DNA of 37,253 nucleotides from Octopus bimaculoides (taxonomy: Eukaryota), in the NCBI RefSeq assembly GCF_001194135.2, contig NC_068998.1:48992149-49029401 (forward strand). Reading direction: 5' to 3'. Within the stretch, counting starts at the first letter, position 1; each line of letters starts with the position of its first letter. Both the position numbers and the translations under genes were made by a program. Shown here one piece after another: positions 11,091-24,364 of the stretch. Below the pieces are notes generated by a model that was not told where the DNA came from, searched no databases, and saw only the letters and a list, made by a program, of their open reading frames with translations.

Positions 11091-12226
11091 TTAATCTAGA
11101 ATTTTATAGACATGCCTTGTATATAATACATACACATACACAACGAATGGTCTTAAATTCTGCGACAATTGTTTCGCTGGAAAACTTTAATGTATACATA
11201 ATAGAATATTATAGATTACGTTACACATTATGTCATTTCCCACGCTCATCAGGCATGATTCAAAACAGCGTTGAACAAAGACTTGTAGAGCAATCCTTGA
11301 TTACTAAGCAAGTGAGATCATAGTTAAAATTACCGATATAAAAATAAATCAGGCGTATGAAGGGACTGATAATCCAAAAGAGAGTAAAACAAAGAGGGGA
11401 AGGAAATGTAATTTACAATTAGAGATTTATGGTAAAAGACAAAAAATAGTGGATAACATGGAAGAAATTGGTGTTGAGGAATATATATGTAGTGAGAGAG
11501 ATAAACCGTCGACAAAGATGCATACGGTCAAGGAAACATATTTACATACAGACATTAATTATTCATAACCTAATTGATTAAGCAAAATCTAATGAGATAA
11601 GGAACGCAATATATTTTAACATTTTACTATGCTGGTTTTCATCTATATTGATGAAATGTAAACTTTGACATCAATCTTCCGTTAGATGTTTTGGAATCCA
11701 TAAAACTAGATTCAATGAAAGCAAACATGCGTAGCATAGCGTATTATCTTCATTCATTATAAAGAGTTGGACGCTAGTGACTGAGTAACCAACATTTTGC
11801 AGTTTGCCTTTGCCGATAATATATTCTATTCATGTAAAAATTCGACTTGTTTGTAGTATTGTTAAGGCTAAGATCGCTTAACTGAAAACTTTATTATATG
11901 ATGTATGCTTTCAATCAATCTTTTTTTTTTGTCTATGTATGTATGTAATTTTATGTTTTTAATTTTTAAAAATTCTTCTTCTGAGGAAAGAGCTGGTTTC
12001 TGAAAACAATACAAACCTTTGTATGTATGTATCTGTCTATCTGTCTTTCTACCTACCTCACCCCTTCTCTCTCTCTCTCTCTCACTCTCTTTCAATATAT
12101 GTATTCATATGAATTTGTATTCATACATATATGTATATATATGAGTGTATTATACATACATATACATGCACTATATATATATATGTATGTATGTGTATAT
12201 ATGTGCATATATATGTATGTATGTAA

Positions 12227-12315
<89 letters not shown>

Positions 12316-12319
12316 CATG

Positions 12320-12469
12320 ACATGCTTCTTTCAGTTTCCGTCTACCAAATCCATTCACAAGGCCTTGGTCAGCCCGACGCTCTAGTAGAAGAAGCTTGCC
12401 CAAGGTGCCACGAAGTGGGACTGAACCCGGAAGCATGTGGCTGGGAAGCAAGCTTCGTACCACACAACC
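12320..12469 (-). mobile_element. tRNA-derived SINE, head cut by an assembly gap
   Basis: Minus strand has a B-box GGGTTCAGTCCC followed by GTGGCACCTTGGGCAAG; the 3' end runs into (TA)n. Confidence 0.85.
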
Positions 12470-12559
12470 NNNNNNNNNNNNNNNNNNNNNNNNNNNNNNN
12501 NNNNNNNNNNNNNNNNNAGAGAGAGAGAGAGAGAGAGATAAAAATAGATATGGTGAGTC

Positions 12560-12780
12560 TATGAGTTTATCCTGGCTTTCATGTCCATTAAGCGCTTGAC
12601 TTTACCGTGTTTCTTCAGAGCCGCGGCCTATGGTTTCTCTAGCTCCATCCCCTGCCGGAGCCTCGTGGAGCTTTAGGTGTTTTCGCTCAATAAACATTTC
12701 CAACGCCCTGTCTGGGAATCGAAACCGCGATTCTATGACCGCGAGTCCGCTGCCCTAACCACTGGCATACTGTGTCTCCA
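12560..12780 (-). mobile_element. tRNA-derived SINE
   Basis: Minus strand reads CCAGTGGTTAGGGCAGCGGACTCGCGGTCATAGAATCGCGGTTTCGATTCCC (A- and B-box-like); the same head recurs at 26867-26900. Confidence 0.8.
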
Positions 12781-12930
12781 CACACACACCTATATATAAT
12801 CTAAAAATATGCAGTGCGAGTCTTTATATAGAGACACTACATTAATGCATAATCTTACATTTATATGTTCCTGTAGTGTGTATATATATGTGTATATATG
12901 TATTAGTGAATGTTGGTGTTTGTAGACACG

Positions 12931-13000
<70 letters not shown>

Positions 13001-13304
13001 CGTCTATGTGTGTGGGTCGGCATGTGTAAACTAATAAAATGTTGTACAGCTTTAATAAAATGTGAGCGTGCCTGAGTCTGTGTACGACTAAATAAGTATG
13101 TAGTGCCCAGCCTTTCTTTTATCTACAACTAAATTTTAAGCTGTTTATCATGTTTAACTCGACATTTCCTTTGATCTACGAATTTACGCATCGGATTTCT
13201 TCATTACCTCAGACGCCCTGGCTAGACTTGTTGCCCATTTTTCTTTCCTTCTTTATCTCATCAATGAAATAAAATGAATGTAATGTAATTCCTTTTCGTA
13301 GGGG

Positions 13305-13342
<38 letters not shown>

Positions 13343-14506
13343 AGAAAGAATATTTGGCAGTGGAACCCGGATCAATATAACCGATGGCTAAAAAATATAA
13401 CTCAAGTATACGATTGCGATATGCAAGAATATTACCAACGCCATAAAAAAATCTGACCATTCAAGATTTCATATGGAAACGGACCTAACGACAATTTTAT
13501 CGCTGGTATGACTTTTTTCTGAGCAAGACCGTTACGATATGTCGGCCCCTACCGGCAGACGACGTATGCCAGACGTCAGCCTGGACGGAAAGACGGCAGT
13601 TAGCAGAACCAGCTGCTGCCTAGCGTGCTGTGGCAACACCCCACCACACAAAAAAAAAAGAACATTAGGTGGAATGTCACAGCAATGCACAATAATCAAC
13701 TAACATTACGACAGGGCTTACTACGATGCGTAGGCCAAGAACAATAATTTCTTAAACTATCTCGGTGTTTGTCATTCGTCGTACCGACAGCATTCTCTTG
13801 TGTGCGATAAAGAAACTCTTATTAAAAATCTCAAATTTCTGTATTCTTTATCGTAACCCGTTCCCATCAATTTCACACAGCCGTCTGAATTGAGTCAACG
13901 GCCCTGTTCAAAAATGCTGGGATGAATCTCAGTGTGCAAACGTAGTCAGAACGCCGGCTGACTTCCTTACTGTTGGCACCGGCTTCTACGTTGCAGCTTT
14001 CCGTGTCATGTCTCTACAGCTTCTACAGTGTTCACAAAGCATTGGGCAGCAGTCGAGATGTCAGCATTTTGATACCTGGCACGAATCATTATGATACAGG
14101 TAAAATCTTTTCTAATATTCAGATGACTTTTAGTTCTCCATGTCAGCTAATTTTTTCTCAACTACAACTTTAAACTTTATGCTCTCCACCACTGACTATT
14201 CACCAACAGATGATCAAGTTGTTCCCGAAAAATAAGGTGATGCTGCAAATCGTCAAGCCTAGCCCGAACAACCAGTAGGCTGCGTAGAGAGGAGGATAAT
14301 TTACAGAGTGAGTGTTGTGTGGAGAGAGAAGATCAGTTAGAATATGTCGTGGACAGATGGTGTGTTGTTTTCTGGGTTATTTAAATGATAAATGCGTATG
14401 TTCTACATAGGATATGGCCCATCATAGCCAGGATTATCTTTTGAATTTTAAATAACTCGTATCTCAGGTATATTTTCTCATTAATAGAGCTATACTCCAT
14501 TTATCA

Positions 14507-14839
14507 ATGCAGGCGCGTAGCTTAGAGGTTAAGTCATTCGGCTCACGAAAGTAAAGTCACGAGTTTGATTCCCAGCGAAGTGATGTATCCTTGAGCAAGA
14601 CACTTTATTTCCCGTTGCTAGCATTCTACTCAGCTGGCAAACATGAATAGTGTCTGCTTTTCAAAGGGCCAGCCTTGTCATATTCTGTGTCTTGATGAAT
14701 CTCCCTGAAAACTGCGTTTAGTGTACACGTGTCTAGAGTGCTCAGCCACTTGTACACTAATTTCACGAGTGCTCAGCCACTTGTACACTAATTTCACGGA
14801 TCAACTGAAAACCTCGTAACCGACGGAGTCCCAGTAGTG
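14507..14839 (+). mobile_element. Full-length tRNA-derived SINE with 12-bp target-site duplication
   Basis: CTCCATTTATCA flanks it at 14495-14506 and 14840-14851; A-box-like TAGCTTAGAGG, B-box-like GAGTTTGATTCCC; homologous to 3805-4197 and 16376-16666. Confidence 0.92.
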
Positions 14840-15035
14840 CTCCATTTATCATGGGTGGTATTTTTACTTTCACACTCGGTATTAGGATTTTGGGGTTTTC
14901 AACGTGAAGATACTTGTATAAGTTCTTCATACTCCGGACAGTACTTTTATCGGAAGAGATAGAAATGTCTATAAGAGAAGAAGCATTTTCATTTCAATCT
15001 TCGATAAATAATACAAAGTCGAGAATTAAACAAAC

Positions 15036-15088
15036 AAACTAACAAAAACACCAAAGAAACTAACAAAAACACCAAAGAAACTAACAAA
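15036..15088. repeat. 21-bp tandem repeat, ~2.5 copies
   Basis: AAACTAACAAAAACACCAAAG twice plus a partial copy. Confidence 0.9.
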
Positions 15089-15341
15089 CAAGAGAAAAAT
15101 CATGTTGGGTACGGCTAGCTAGCCTTTAATCTTTACTATGTTCAATAACCATCGACCAAAGCTTAGGCAAGAACCATAAAGTGAAAAATACTATTACATT
15201 TTTTTGACAGTTTGTTTTATAAGAGTTAATATCGGAAATTAATGTGCATGAATCGGTTTAATAGAATTGTGTCTTTGGAAAATAATAATAAGAATAAATC
15301 CAAGGATAAGATCGATAAAAAAGAATCGCGACAAAACCTTT

Positions 15342-15391
<50 letters not shown>

Positions 15392-15940
15392 NNNNNNNNN
15401 NNNNNNNNNNNNNNNNNNNNNNNNNNNNNNNNNNNNNNNNNNNNNNNNNNNNNNNNNNNNNNNNNNNNNNNNNNNNNNNNNNNNNNNNNNNNNNNNNNNN
15501 NNNNNNNNNNNNNNNNNNNNNNNNNNNNNNNNNNNNNNNNNNNNNNNNNNNNNNNNNNNNNNNNNNNNNNNNNNNNNNNNNNNNNNNNNNNNNNNNNNNN
15601 NNNNNNNNNNNNNNNNNNNNNNNNNNNNNNNNNNNNNNNNNNNNNNNNNNNNNNNNNNNNNNNNNNNNNNNNNNNNNNNNNNNNNNNNNNNNNNNNNNNN
15701 NNNNNNNNNNNNNNNNNNNNNNNNNNNNNNNNNNNNNNNNNNNNNNNNNNNNNNNNNNNNNNNNNNNNNNNNNNNNNNNNNNNNNNNNNNNNNNNNNNNN
15801 NNNNNNNNNNNNNNNNNNNNNNNNNNNNNNNNNNNNNNNNNNNNNNNNNNNNNNNNNNNNNNNNNNNNNNNNNNNNNNNNNNNNNNNNNNNNNNNNNNNN
15901 NNNNNNNNNNNNNNNNNNNNNNNNNNNNNNNNNNNNNNNN

Positions 15941-15980
<40 letters not shown>

Positions 15981-16375
15981 GTATATACACTCATTTTCAC
16001 AAACACACAGACACACATACACACACACATATCGTTTTTTAATGGAATAAATGCTTTATAGTAGAAATAAACACAACGTTGCCAACTCATTAAACTCGAG
16101 TGCTCTGACAGGAAAATCAATTTGCATATAATTTCTATCAGCTTCACTATTTCCAAGTCGTATTACACTAAATAATCAGCGATTTTATCACACACACATA
16201 CACACATAAACACACAAATACACTCACACATGCATACACACACAAACACTCACACAAACATACGCATATACTCCACGCACTACTCTACAAGCACTTGTTC
16301 TTGCACCGACGAATACACTTCTTTCTGTCTCTCATACTGATTATATATATATATATTAATTTCATTCGTATGTAT

Positions 16376-16665
16376 GAAAGCGCATGGCCTATTGGTTAGG
16401 TTAACCGGCTCGCAATCACAAGGTGGAGAGTTCAACTCCTCGCAGCACGTTATTATTTCACATTGCTGCAGCCCAAGGGGAGTAGTACTTCGAATTAAAG
16501 GGCCAGCCTTGTAACAATCTGTCTCGCTGAATCTCCCTGAGAACTACGTTAAGAGTACGCATGGCACAGGATTACTGAGCGACTTGCTCGTTAATATTAC
16601 ACGTGCAGGCTGTTCCGTCCGTTGATCGGATCAACAGGAACATTTGTCGTCGTAACCAACAGAGG

Positions 16666-16666
<1 letters not shown>
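16376..16666 (+). mobile_element. tRNA-derived SINE, same family as 14507-14839, internally deleted
   Basis: Head GCGCATGGCCTATTGGTTAGG...GAGTTCAACTCC; shared body AAAGGGCCAGCCTTGT...GAATCTCCCTGAGAACTACGTTAAG; ends at (TA)n. Confidence 0.85.
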
Positions 16667-16707
<41 letters not shown>

Positions 16708-17372
16708 NNNNNNNNNNNNNNNNNNNNNNNNNNNNNNNNNNNNNNNNNNNNNNNNNNNNNNNNNNNNNNNNNNNNNNNNNNNNNNNNNNNNNNNNNNNNN
16801 NNNNNNNNNNNNNNNNNNNNNNNNNNNNNNNNNNNNNNNNNNNNNNNNNNNNNNNNNNNNNNNNNNNNNNNNNNNNNNNNNNNNNNNNNNNNNNNNNNNN
16901 NNNNNNNNNNNNNNNNNNNNNNNNNNNNNNNNNNNNNNNNNNNNNNNNNNNNNNNNNNNNNNNNNNNNNNNNNNNNNNNNNNNNNNNNNNNNNNNNNNNN
17001 NNNNNNNNNNNNNNNNNNNNNNNNNNNNNNNNNNNNNNNNNNNNNNNNNNNNNNNNNNNNNNNNNNNNNNNNNNNNNNNNNNNNNNNNNNNNNNNNNNNN
17101 NNNNNNNNNNNNNNNNNNNNNNNNNNNNNNNNNNNNNNNNNNNNNNNNNNNNNNNNNNNNNNNNNNNNNNNNNNNNNNNNNNNNNNNNNNNNNNNNNNNN
17201 NNNNNNNNNNNNNNNNNNNNNNNNNNNNNNNNNNNNNNNNNNNNNNNNNNNNNNNNNNNNNNNNNNNNNNNNNNNNNNNNNNNNNNNNNNNNNNNNNNNN
17301 NNNNNNNNNNNNNNNNNNNNNNNNNNNNNNNNNNNNNNNNNNNNNNNNNNNNNNNNNNNNNNNNNNNNNNNN

Positions 17373-17785
17373 AAAGCTGATAGGATCTGTTTCCTCTTTT
17401 ATCTGTTTCGGGACAATGTTAAACAGGGCAGGGCCTGTTGAGGAAAAGAAATTATGCCGCAACGTACCTATATGTTGTGATCCTGAATTGGGCAGGGGAC
17501 GTATGGCTCGTGGTCCCAGCCTTGGATGAACCTTGAAACTAATGTTCAGGTCGTTTGGGCAATGCTGACGGTATATTTTCCACATCGTACAAATGACGTA
17601 CCGCTCGCGGCGGCGCTGAAGAGAGTAGATCTTCAAGGCTTTAAGGCGGTCCTAGTAATCAAGATCAGTCATGCCTTCAATTCGTTTGGTGAGTGCCCTC
17701 TCGGGTGATTTATCCTCGAGATGTTTTGTTTTGTATGGGGAGACCACAAGGGGCAGCAGTATTCGAGGTGTGGCCGTACAAAGTA
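17373..17785 (-). mobile_element. CR1/L2-group LINE ORF2 C-terminal fragment, pseudogenised
   Basis: Minus strand reads FVRPHLEYCCPLWSPHTKQNISRI, then after a frameshift SPERALTKRIEGMTDLDY*DRLKALKIYSLQRRRERY...HPRLG...GPALFNIVPKQIK. These are hallmark post-RT motifs of CR1-group LINEs. The 3' side is cut by an N gap. Confidence 0.9.
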
Positions 17786-18825
17786 GGAGAAAATTGAAAT
17801 GATGATATATATATATGATCATACAAGCCACTGACACATACACGTATATATGAATGCACATTGAAATGCGCCTGTGAGCGTGTGTATCTGCGTTTGTGTA
17901 TGCGTACGCATGCGTATACATCTGCGTGCTTACACACGTTCTGCATCATAGCCATTCTGTAAGACACGTATAAATCAAAGTAACATCGAAAGAACACGCA
18001 AGCAGAAAATACTCATTTCTTTCTCCTCTTCGTTCTTTCTCCTCTTCCTTCTTTCTCCTCGTCCTTCTTTCTCACTGACATATATATATATATATATATA
18101 ATACAAAGAATATATATACATGTATACACACATATATGTACATACTTACATCTACATGTGTATATACATGCATATCAGGGTACAGGACGTTAGAACAATA
18201 AACTACAGACAACGGAACGAACACATAGGAAAACGGAAAGCCCCTTGGAATATCCCTTCATCAGCTGTCTCTATTCTATCTAGACGTTTCGAAGACCAGA
18301 CAGGACGTACTCTAGAATAGTCTCTTCCTGAGTAGTGGATCAACCAACTACACAGAGGATTNNNNNNNNNNNNNNNNNNNNNNNNNNNNNNNNNNNNNNN
18401 NNNNNNNNNNNNNNNNNNNNNNNNNNNNNNNNNNNNNNNNNNNNNNNNNNNNNNNNNNNNNNNNNNNNNNNNNNNNNNNNNNNNNNNNNNNNNNNNNNNN
18501 NNNNNNNNNNNNNNNNNNNNNNNNNNNNNNNNNNNNNNNNNNNNNNNNNNNNNNNNNNNNNNNNNNNNNNNNNNNNNNNNNNNNNNNNNNNNNNNNNNNN
18601 NNNNNNNNNNNNNNNNNNNNNNNNNNNNNNNNNNNNNNNNNNNNNNNNNNNNNNNNNNNNNNNNNNNNNNNNNNNNNNNNNNNNNNNNNNNNNNNNNNNN
18701 NNNNNNNNNNNNNNNNNNNNNNNNNNNNNNNNNNNNNNNNNNNNNNNNNNNNNNNNNNNNNNNNNNNNNNNNNNNNNNNNNNNNNNNNNNNNNNNNNNNN
18801 NNNNNNNNNNNNNNNNNNNNNNNNN

Positions 18826-18874
<49 letters not shown>

Positions 18875-19151
18875 CACATACAAACTAACGAAAGAAATGT
18901 TCCACTGTAAGATCAGGCATATTTCATATACATCGCCTATCAGACGATAGTTCTTGCATTCTATTCTTATTGTAGACTTCTTTTGTAATTCCAGATTGTT
19001 TGTAATTTTATAAATAAATATTGCAGATATTTTATTGAAAAATACTTCGCTAAAATTAATTTTGGTGTATTTTAGAAAGTGCTTTTCCATCTTAATGTCG
19101 CGTATGTATGTGCATATGTATGTATGTGTATATGTATGTATGGATGGATGC

Positions 19152-19193
<42 letters not shown>

Positions 19194-19709
19194 GCACACA
19201 CAGAGATACTCACACATATATGTATGTATGTGTGTATGTACGTATACATGCGTGTGTAAATGTATGTACGTTTTTTTCAAAATGGGGGAAATTCACAGAG
19301 TTAAGGCTATAAATATTAACATGCAAATATTTAACTCTTTAACTGAAGATTTGTGCCCTAACCTTTATAGTTCTAACTGTTTCAATATCCAAGAAAATAA
19401 TTATTTGATACACGGCGAATGTGGACCGGATTGTCAAGGGAATAAACCCAGCTCTTCCTCTGCTTGTCGTAAAGGGCAGCCAAAAGAGGTTAAGATAGGA
19501 TTTGCACTCAGACCTCTGAAATCCCACACTAGGAATGACTATCCAAACACACACATGGGTTGTAGGTTTGCCCCCTGATTGGAGCAGAGATTTTATCCGT
19601 TCGGGGTAGGGAATTACCAACAAATGGAGGATGCAGCGACGCACTGTTACAGCGCATGTCTCTATACTACTACTACCACTACACACACACACACGCACAC
19701 ACACATATA

Positions 19710-19748
<39 letters not shown>

Positions 19749-20271
19749 GTGTATGTATGCATACATATATATATCTGTGCGTTTCAGTTTATATATCAAT
19801 TTAATACACATTCGTTGATGGGGAGTCACGGAATTCTTATCAATGTAATTATGAAATAGAAACATAAATCATTTTTTTTTTTTGCTAAAAATTCATCAAA
19901 ATCTGTTTAAATAACATTATACAACATGTCATCTATATGTGTACATCACGCCTTAACAGCAATAAAAATGAATAAATATGACAAATACATAATGATACGT
20001 CAAGAAATACATTAATAAATATTTGGAGTTGACCATCTGGCGAGGAGATTAACACGTATCACGAATATCCAGCATGAAATTGTTTTTTATATAGTTTACT
20101 TCTCAGTGTTCATAAGTAGCTACGTGATGGTTGTTGCTGAAGTTTCATTAACATATTCCTCTCCTAAGATCTTGGTATTGTTCTGGCTATCGGTCTGATA
20201 TCTATCCATCTCTATCTGTCTATCCATCTCACTCCCCATCTCTATCTATCTGTCTATCTATCTGTCTATCC

Positions 20272-20330
<59 letters not shown>

Positions 20331-20988
20331 CTCTAAACAATAACACAGATAAGCTGATGTTCACTGCAACTGTTTCAAACGTGTTCTTTATTGATGAACA
20401 AAGCAACATCACGTACAAAAACAGAAAAAAGAATGAAAACTTTCTTCTAGAGGATTACGAGTAAAATTTAACCTTTAGTATTTTTCACATATATAGTACA
20501 TAATGCATATTGATCCTCTTATCTTGTTTGAGATTTAAAAAAAAAATCTAACTTTGTACTACGGTACATACGCACGCACGCACGCACACATGCACACACG
20601 CATGCACAGACAGACAGACAGACAGACGCACACACGCACACACACACAGACTCACATTTATTCATAATTTTGCAGTGAATGAGGAAGGAAGTACTTAATA
20701 TATGCGTAGTGTTATATGGACTGTTCTAAGTGAAGATTTACCTCACAAATTGAAATTTTATGACACTCCGATTATCATACGAAAGCTGTTACAATTCAGT
20801 TTGTCTACTCATTCATATGTATTACTTTCGACATGGTTCAATATTTGTTTTTGTTGAATAGTGTATCTTTTTATCGCGGGTGATTGGTTCATAGTTTTGT
20901 GTCGATTGATTGGCTATTAAATTATATGGTTCTTCGACTTCTCATGCTAGATTCTGCTGCATTTCTTATTTACCCTTTTTTAAAAATG

Positions 20989-21122
20989 TTTCTTATTTCT
21001 TTATTGCCCACAAGGGGCTAAATATAGAGGGGACAAACAAGGACAGACAAAGGGATTAAGTCAATTAAATCGTCCCCAGTGCGTAACTGGTACTTAATTT
21101 ATCGACCACGAAAGGATGAAAG
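20989..21122 (-). mobile_element. SINE 3' half (third family)
   Basis: CCCCAGTGCGTAACTGGTACTTAATTTATCGACCACGAAAGGATGAAAG is nearly identical to 25978-26030. Confidence 0.85.
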
Positions 21123-21304
21123 ATAACGGACAGCAAAAGAACGATGGAGAGAAACAGAAAATAAAGAGGATTATAGAGGGATAAAGAGAATGAAAGAAAA
21201 TAGACAACGGAGTCGCAGAAATTATAAATAAATGTAAGAACCTGATGTGGACAAGTCTACGTGGCGTTCGATTATAAATAAATAAAGAATACACATTAAG
21301 TACA

Positions 21305-21335
<31 letters not shown>

Positions 21336-21767
21336 NNNNNNNNNNNNNNNNNNNNNNNNNNNNNNNNNNNNNNNNNNNNNNNNNNNNNNNNNNNNNNNNN
21401 NNNNNNNNNNNNNNNNNNNNNNNNNNNNNNNNNNNNNNNNNNNNNNNNNNNNNNNNNNNNNNNNNNNNNNNNNNNNNNNNNNNNNNNNNNNNNNNNNNNN
21501 NNNNNNNNNNNNNNNNNNNNNNNNNNNNNNNNNNNNNNNNNNNNNNNNNNNNNNNNNNNNNNNNNNNNNNNNNNNNNNNNNNNNNNNNNNNNNNNNNNNN
21601 NNNNNNNNNNNNNNNNNNNNNNNNNNNNNNNNNNNNNNNNNNNNNNNNNNNNNNNNNNNNNNNNNNNNNNNNNNNNNNNNNNNNNNNNNNNNNNNNNNNN
21701 NNNNNACATTTTCAGAGACATATATATACATCTCTTTGTCTCTCGCCCCCCTCTCTCTCTATCTATA

Positions 21768-21804
<37 letters not shown>

Positions 21805-22801
21805 CGCAAATGGTTTAAAATTTTTTCTATTTCAGATGTTTCTTTCAGTTTGACGTTTTTATTCACAAGAGATCGAATTAAATTGCAAAACAAAACACAC
21901 GAAAAAAACGTAGAACAAAAATAGAAGTAGAAATAGAAATGTCCGATATTGCAAACCCCCAGAACATTTCATAGCATTTGTAAATAAAATACATCTACGC
22001 AAAATAATTTTATTTACAATTTTTGCTGAAAATATTTTAGTCGACATTTTATGAACAGAAGACAATAAAAAATTAGTACAAGAACGTGGTTGTTTGTTAT
22101 AGTACTATAGTCTTAGTTAGTCAAATAAATACAAATTATTTCGCAGATACAATACCACACAGATATATGAAATTTATTTCGACATCTCTGCTGAAAATTC
22201 AGCTGAGGTTGTACAATGTAAGTGAAATCTTTCTGTATGAGATGTCAAATTCCTGTCGACGTCGCAACAGGAAACGCGAAGGATTGCAACAAGTTCAACT
22301 CGCTATTTCACCAGACACAGTTCCCGGAAAGGAAACAGGGAAGCCATTGTAAAATAAAAAGCACCTGTTCGCTGCTTTCTTCCAATGAATCTAGTGCTCT
22401 TAGCTTAGTTTGGCAAGATTGGAGCAATCTCGAGTATAACCAGCCGAAATTACAAAGATAATCTGGAACTCGACTGAGGAAAGAAAACTCCGAATGACCC
22501 GTCTTTGTTTTTTCTTGTCCCTTTTTTGTATCATCTAACTGTCTGGATGTTTTGCGTTCTTGTCCCATTTTTTGTATTCCTTTTTATACACATATGGCGG
22601 CGTAAGTCCACTTTCGTCTCCCTCCTTCTCTCTCCCCCTCTCTCTATATATATATATTCATAGATATATATGTACGTATATATGTATGCATGTATGTATG
22701 TATGTATTCGTACATGCCGTTATATTATGTTTGTGGTTGTGAAATTCGGAAGACAGTGCACACATACATTTCATATGAAACACGAGCTAAAACAGACATA
22801 A

Positions 22802-22852
<51 letters not shown>

Positions 22853-24084
22853 TAGGGTTTTCAATAGAATGTATTTGACAGAAATATTGAGCAGTTTTGC
22901 TGATCAATAAGGGCTTCTTCTTTGGTTTGATCAACAGTTTAAATCGATGGAGAAGGTTTTGTAGGAGTGCTCTTGTAGAGATATTTATATCGGATATTGG
23001 ATTTCAACATTTCTCACAAATATTGAAGAATATATAATAGAGAAGACTTTTAATCCATTNNNNNNNNNNNNNNNNNNNNNNNNNNNNNNNNNNNNNNNNN
23101 NNNNNNNNNNNNNNNNNNNNNNNNNNNNNNNNNNNNNNNNNNNNNNNNNNNNNNNNNNNNNNNNNNNNNNNNNNNNNNNNNNNNNNNNNNNNNNNNNNNN
23201 NNNNNNNNNNNNNNNNNNNNNNNNNNNNNNNNNNNNNNNNNNNNNNNNNNNNNNNNNNNNNNNNNNNNNNNNNNNNNNNNNNNNNNNNNNNNNNNNNNNN
23301 NNNNNNNNNNNNNNNNNNNNNNNNNNNNNNNNNNNNNNNNNNNNNNNNNNNNNNNNNNNNNNNNNNNNNNNNNNNNNNNNNNNNNNNNNNNNNNNNNNNN
23401 NNNNNNNNNNNNNNNNNNNNNNNNNNNNNNNNNNNNNNNNNNNNNNNNNNNNNNNNNNNNNNNNNNNNNNNNNNNNNNNNNNNNNNNNNNNNNNNNNNNA
23501 TATATATATATATATATAATTATTCAATATTAACAGTTTTGTATTAGAAAACCAGGAATTTATACAATGCTGTAAAAGAAGTGCTCAAACTAGTTGAGAC
23601 ATAGGTACAAAGTTAATTGCAGAATAAAACCGTTAGGTCATCGACTCGAAACGCCGTATCCCACCAATGACCACATATAAGTACAACATAGACCACAAAA
23701 ACCAAATTAGTAAAGGGAGGTCAAAATTTTTATACATAAGAATAAAAATCGATTAAATCAACTAAAATACGTGTCTTTATGACTATTATAATTATAGACA
23801 GAATTATAGCTACGTCAAATACTTCACATAAATCAAAGCTCTGGGAGTTGGAAAACCTACCAATATCAAATACGTCGACTTGAGAGATTTTACCAAGCGA
23901 AGTCGCTATCGGTTCTGAATGTTAAATGGGATGGCTATAACATATACTAGAATGTTTGGCAACAGTAAATTCCGTGGGAATGAAAATCATATTTTAAAGA
24001 CAGTAACTCCGATATCCAGACACTTTGGATGGATTCAGACCAAACTTTCAGGAATGTTTGGCCTCGTGACTGGCACGTACTGAT

Positions 24085-24301
24085 TAGATTTTAGGATCGA
24101 TCCCGTACCAGACAAGGATTCTGGATTATTTTTCCTCGTTCTCTTGCTTAATTTTTGAGAGCGGTCGGGTTCATTTTTAGTAGTCTATTCTGTGAGAGCA
24201 ATCGAGTTTATTTCAGATATTCTCATTCTAAAAGTCATCTGCAGCTAATCGTTGAGAGAACGTTGGTGTTGCCTTGGCGGAGGTTTGCACTCTCTGAGTG
24301 C
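24085..24301 (+). mobile_element. Helentron/DINE-1-like (HINE) 3' portion
   Basis: TTGGCGGAGGT (24274-24284) is followed 2 nt later by the hairpin GCACTC-TCT-GAGTGC (24287-24301). GGCGGAGGT is the reverse complement of the ACCTCCGCC at 26776. The left boundary is approximate. Confidence 0.65.

Positions 24302-24364
<63 letters not shown>

Noticed and set aside
12690-12780. tRNA gene
   Set aside because: It has A/B-box-like motifs but no complete cloverleaf, and it continues into a SINE body; the other SINE heads in the window look the same.
13205-13260. Minus-strand MGNKSSQG myristoylation-like start before a GAG|GTAATG donor
   Set aside because: An in-frame TGA lies immediately before the donor, and the other two frames are also closed.
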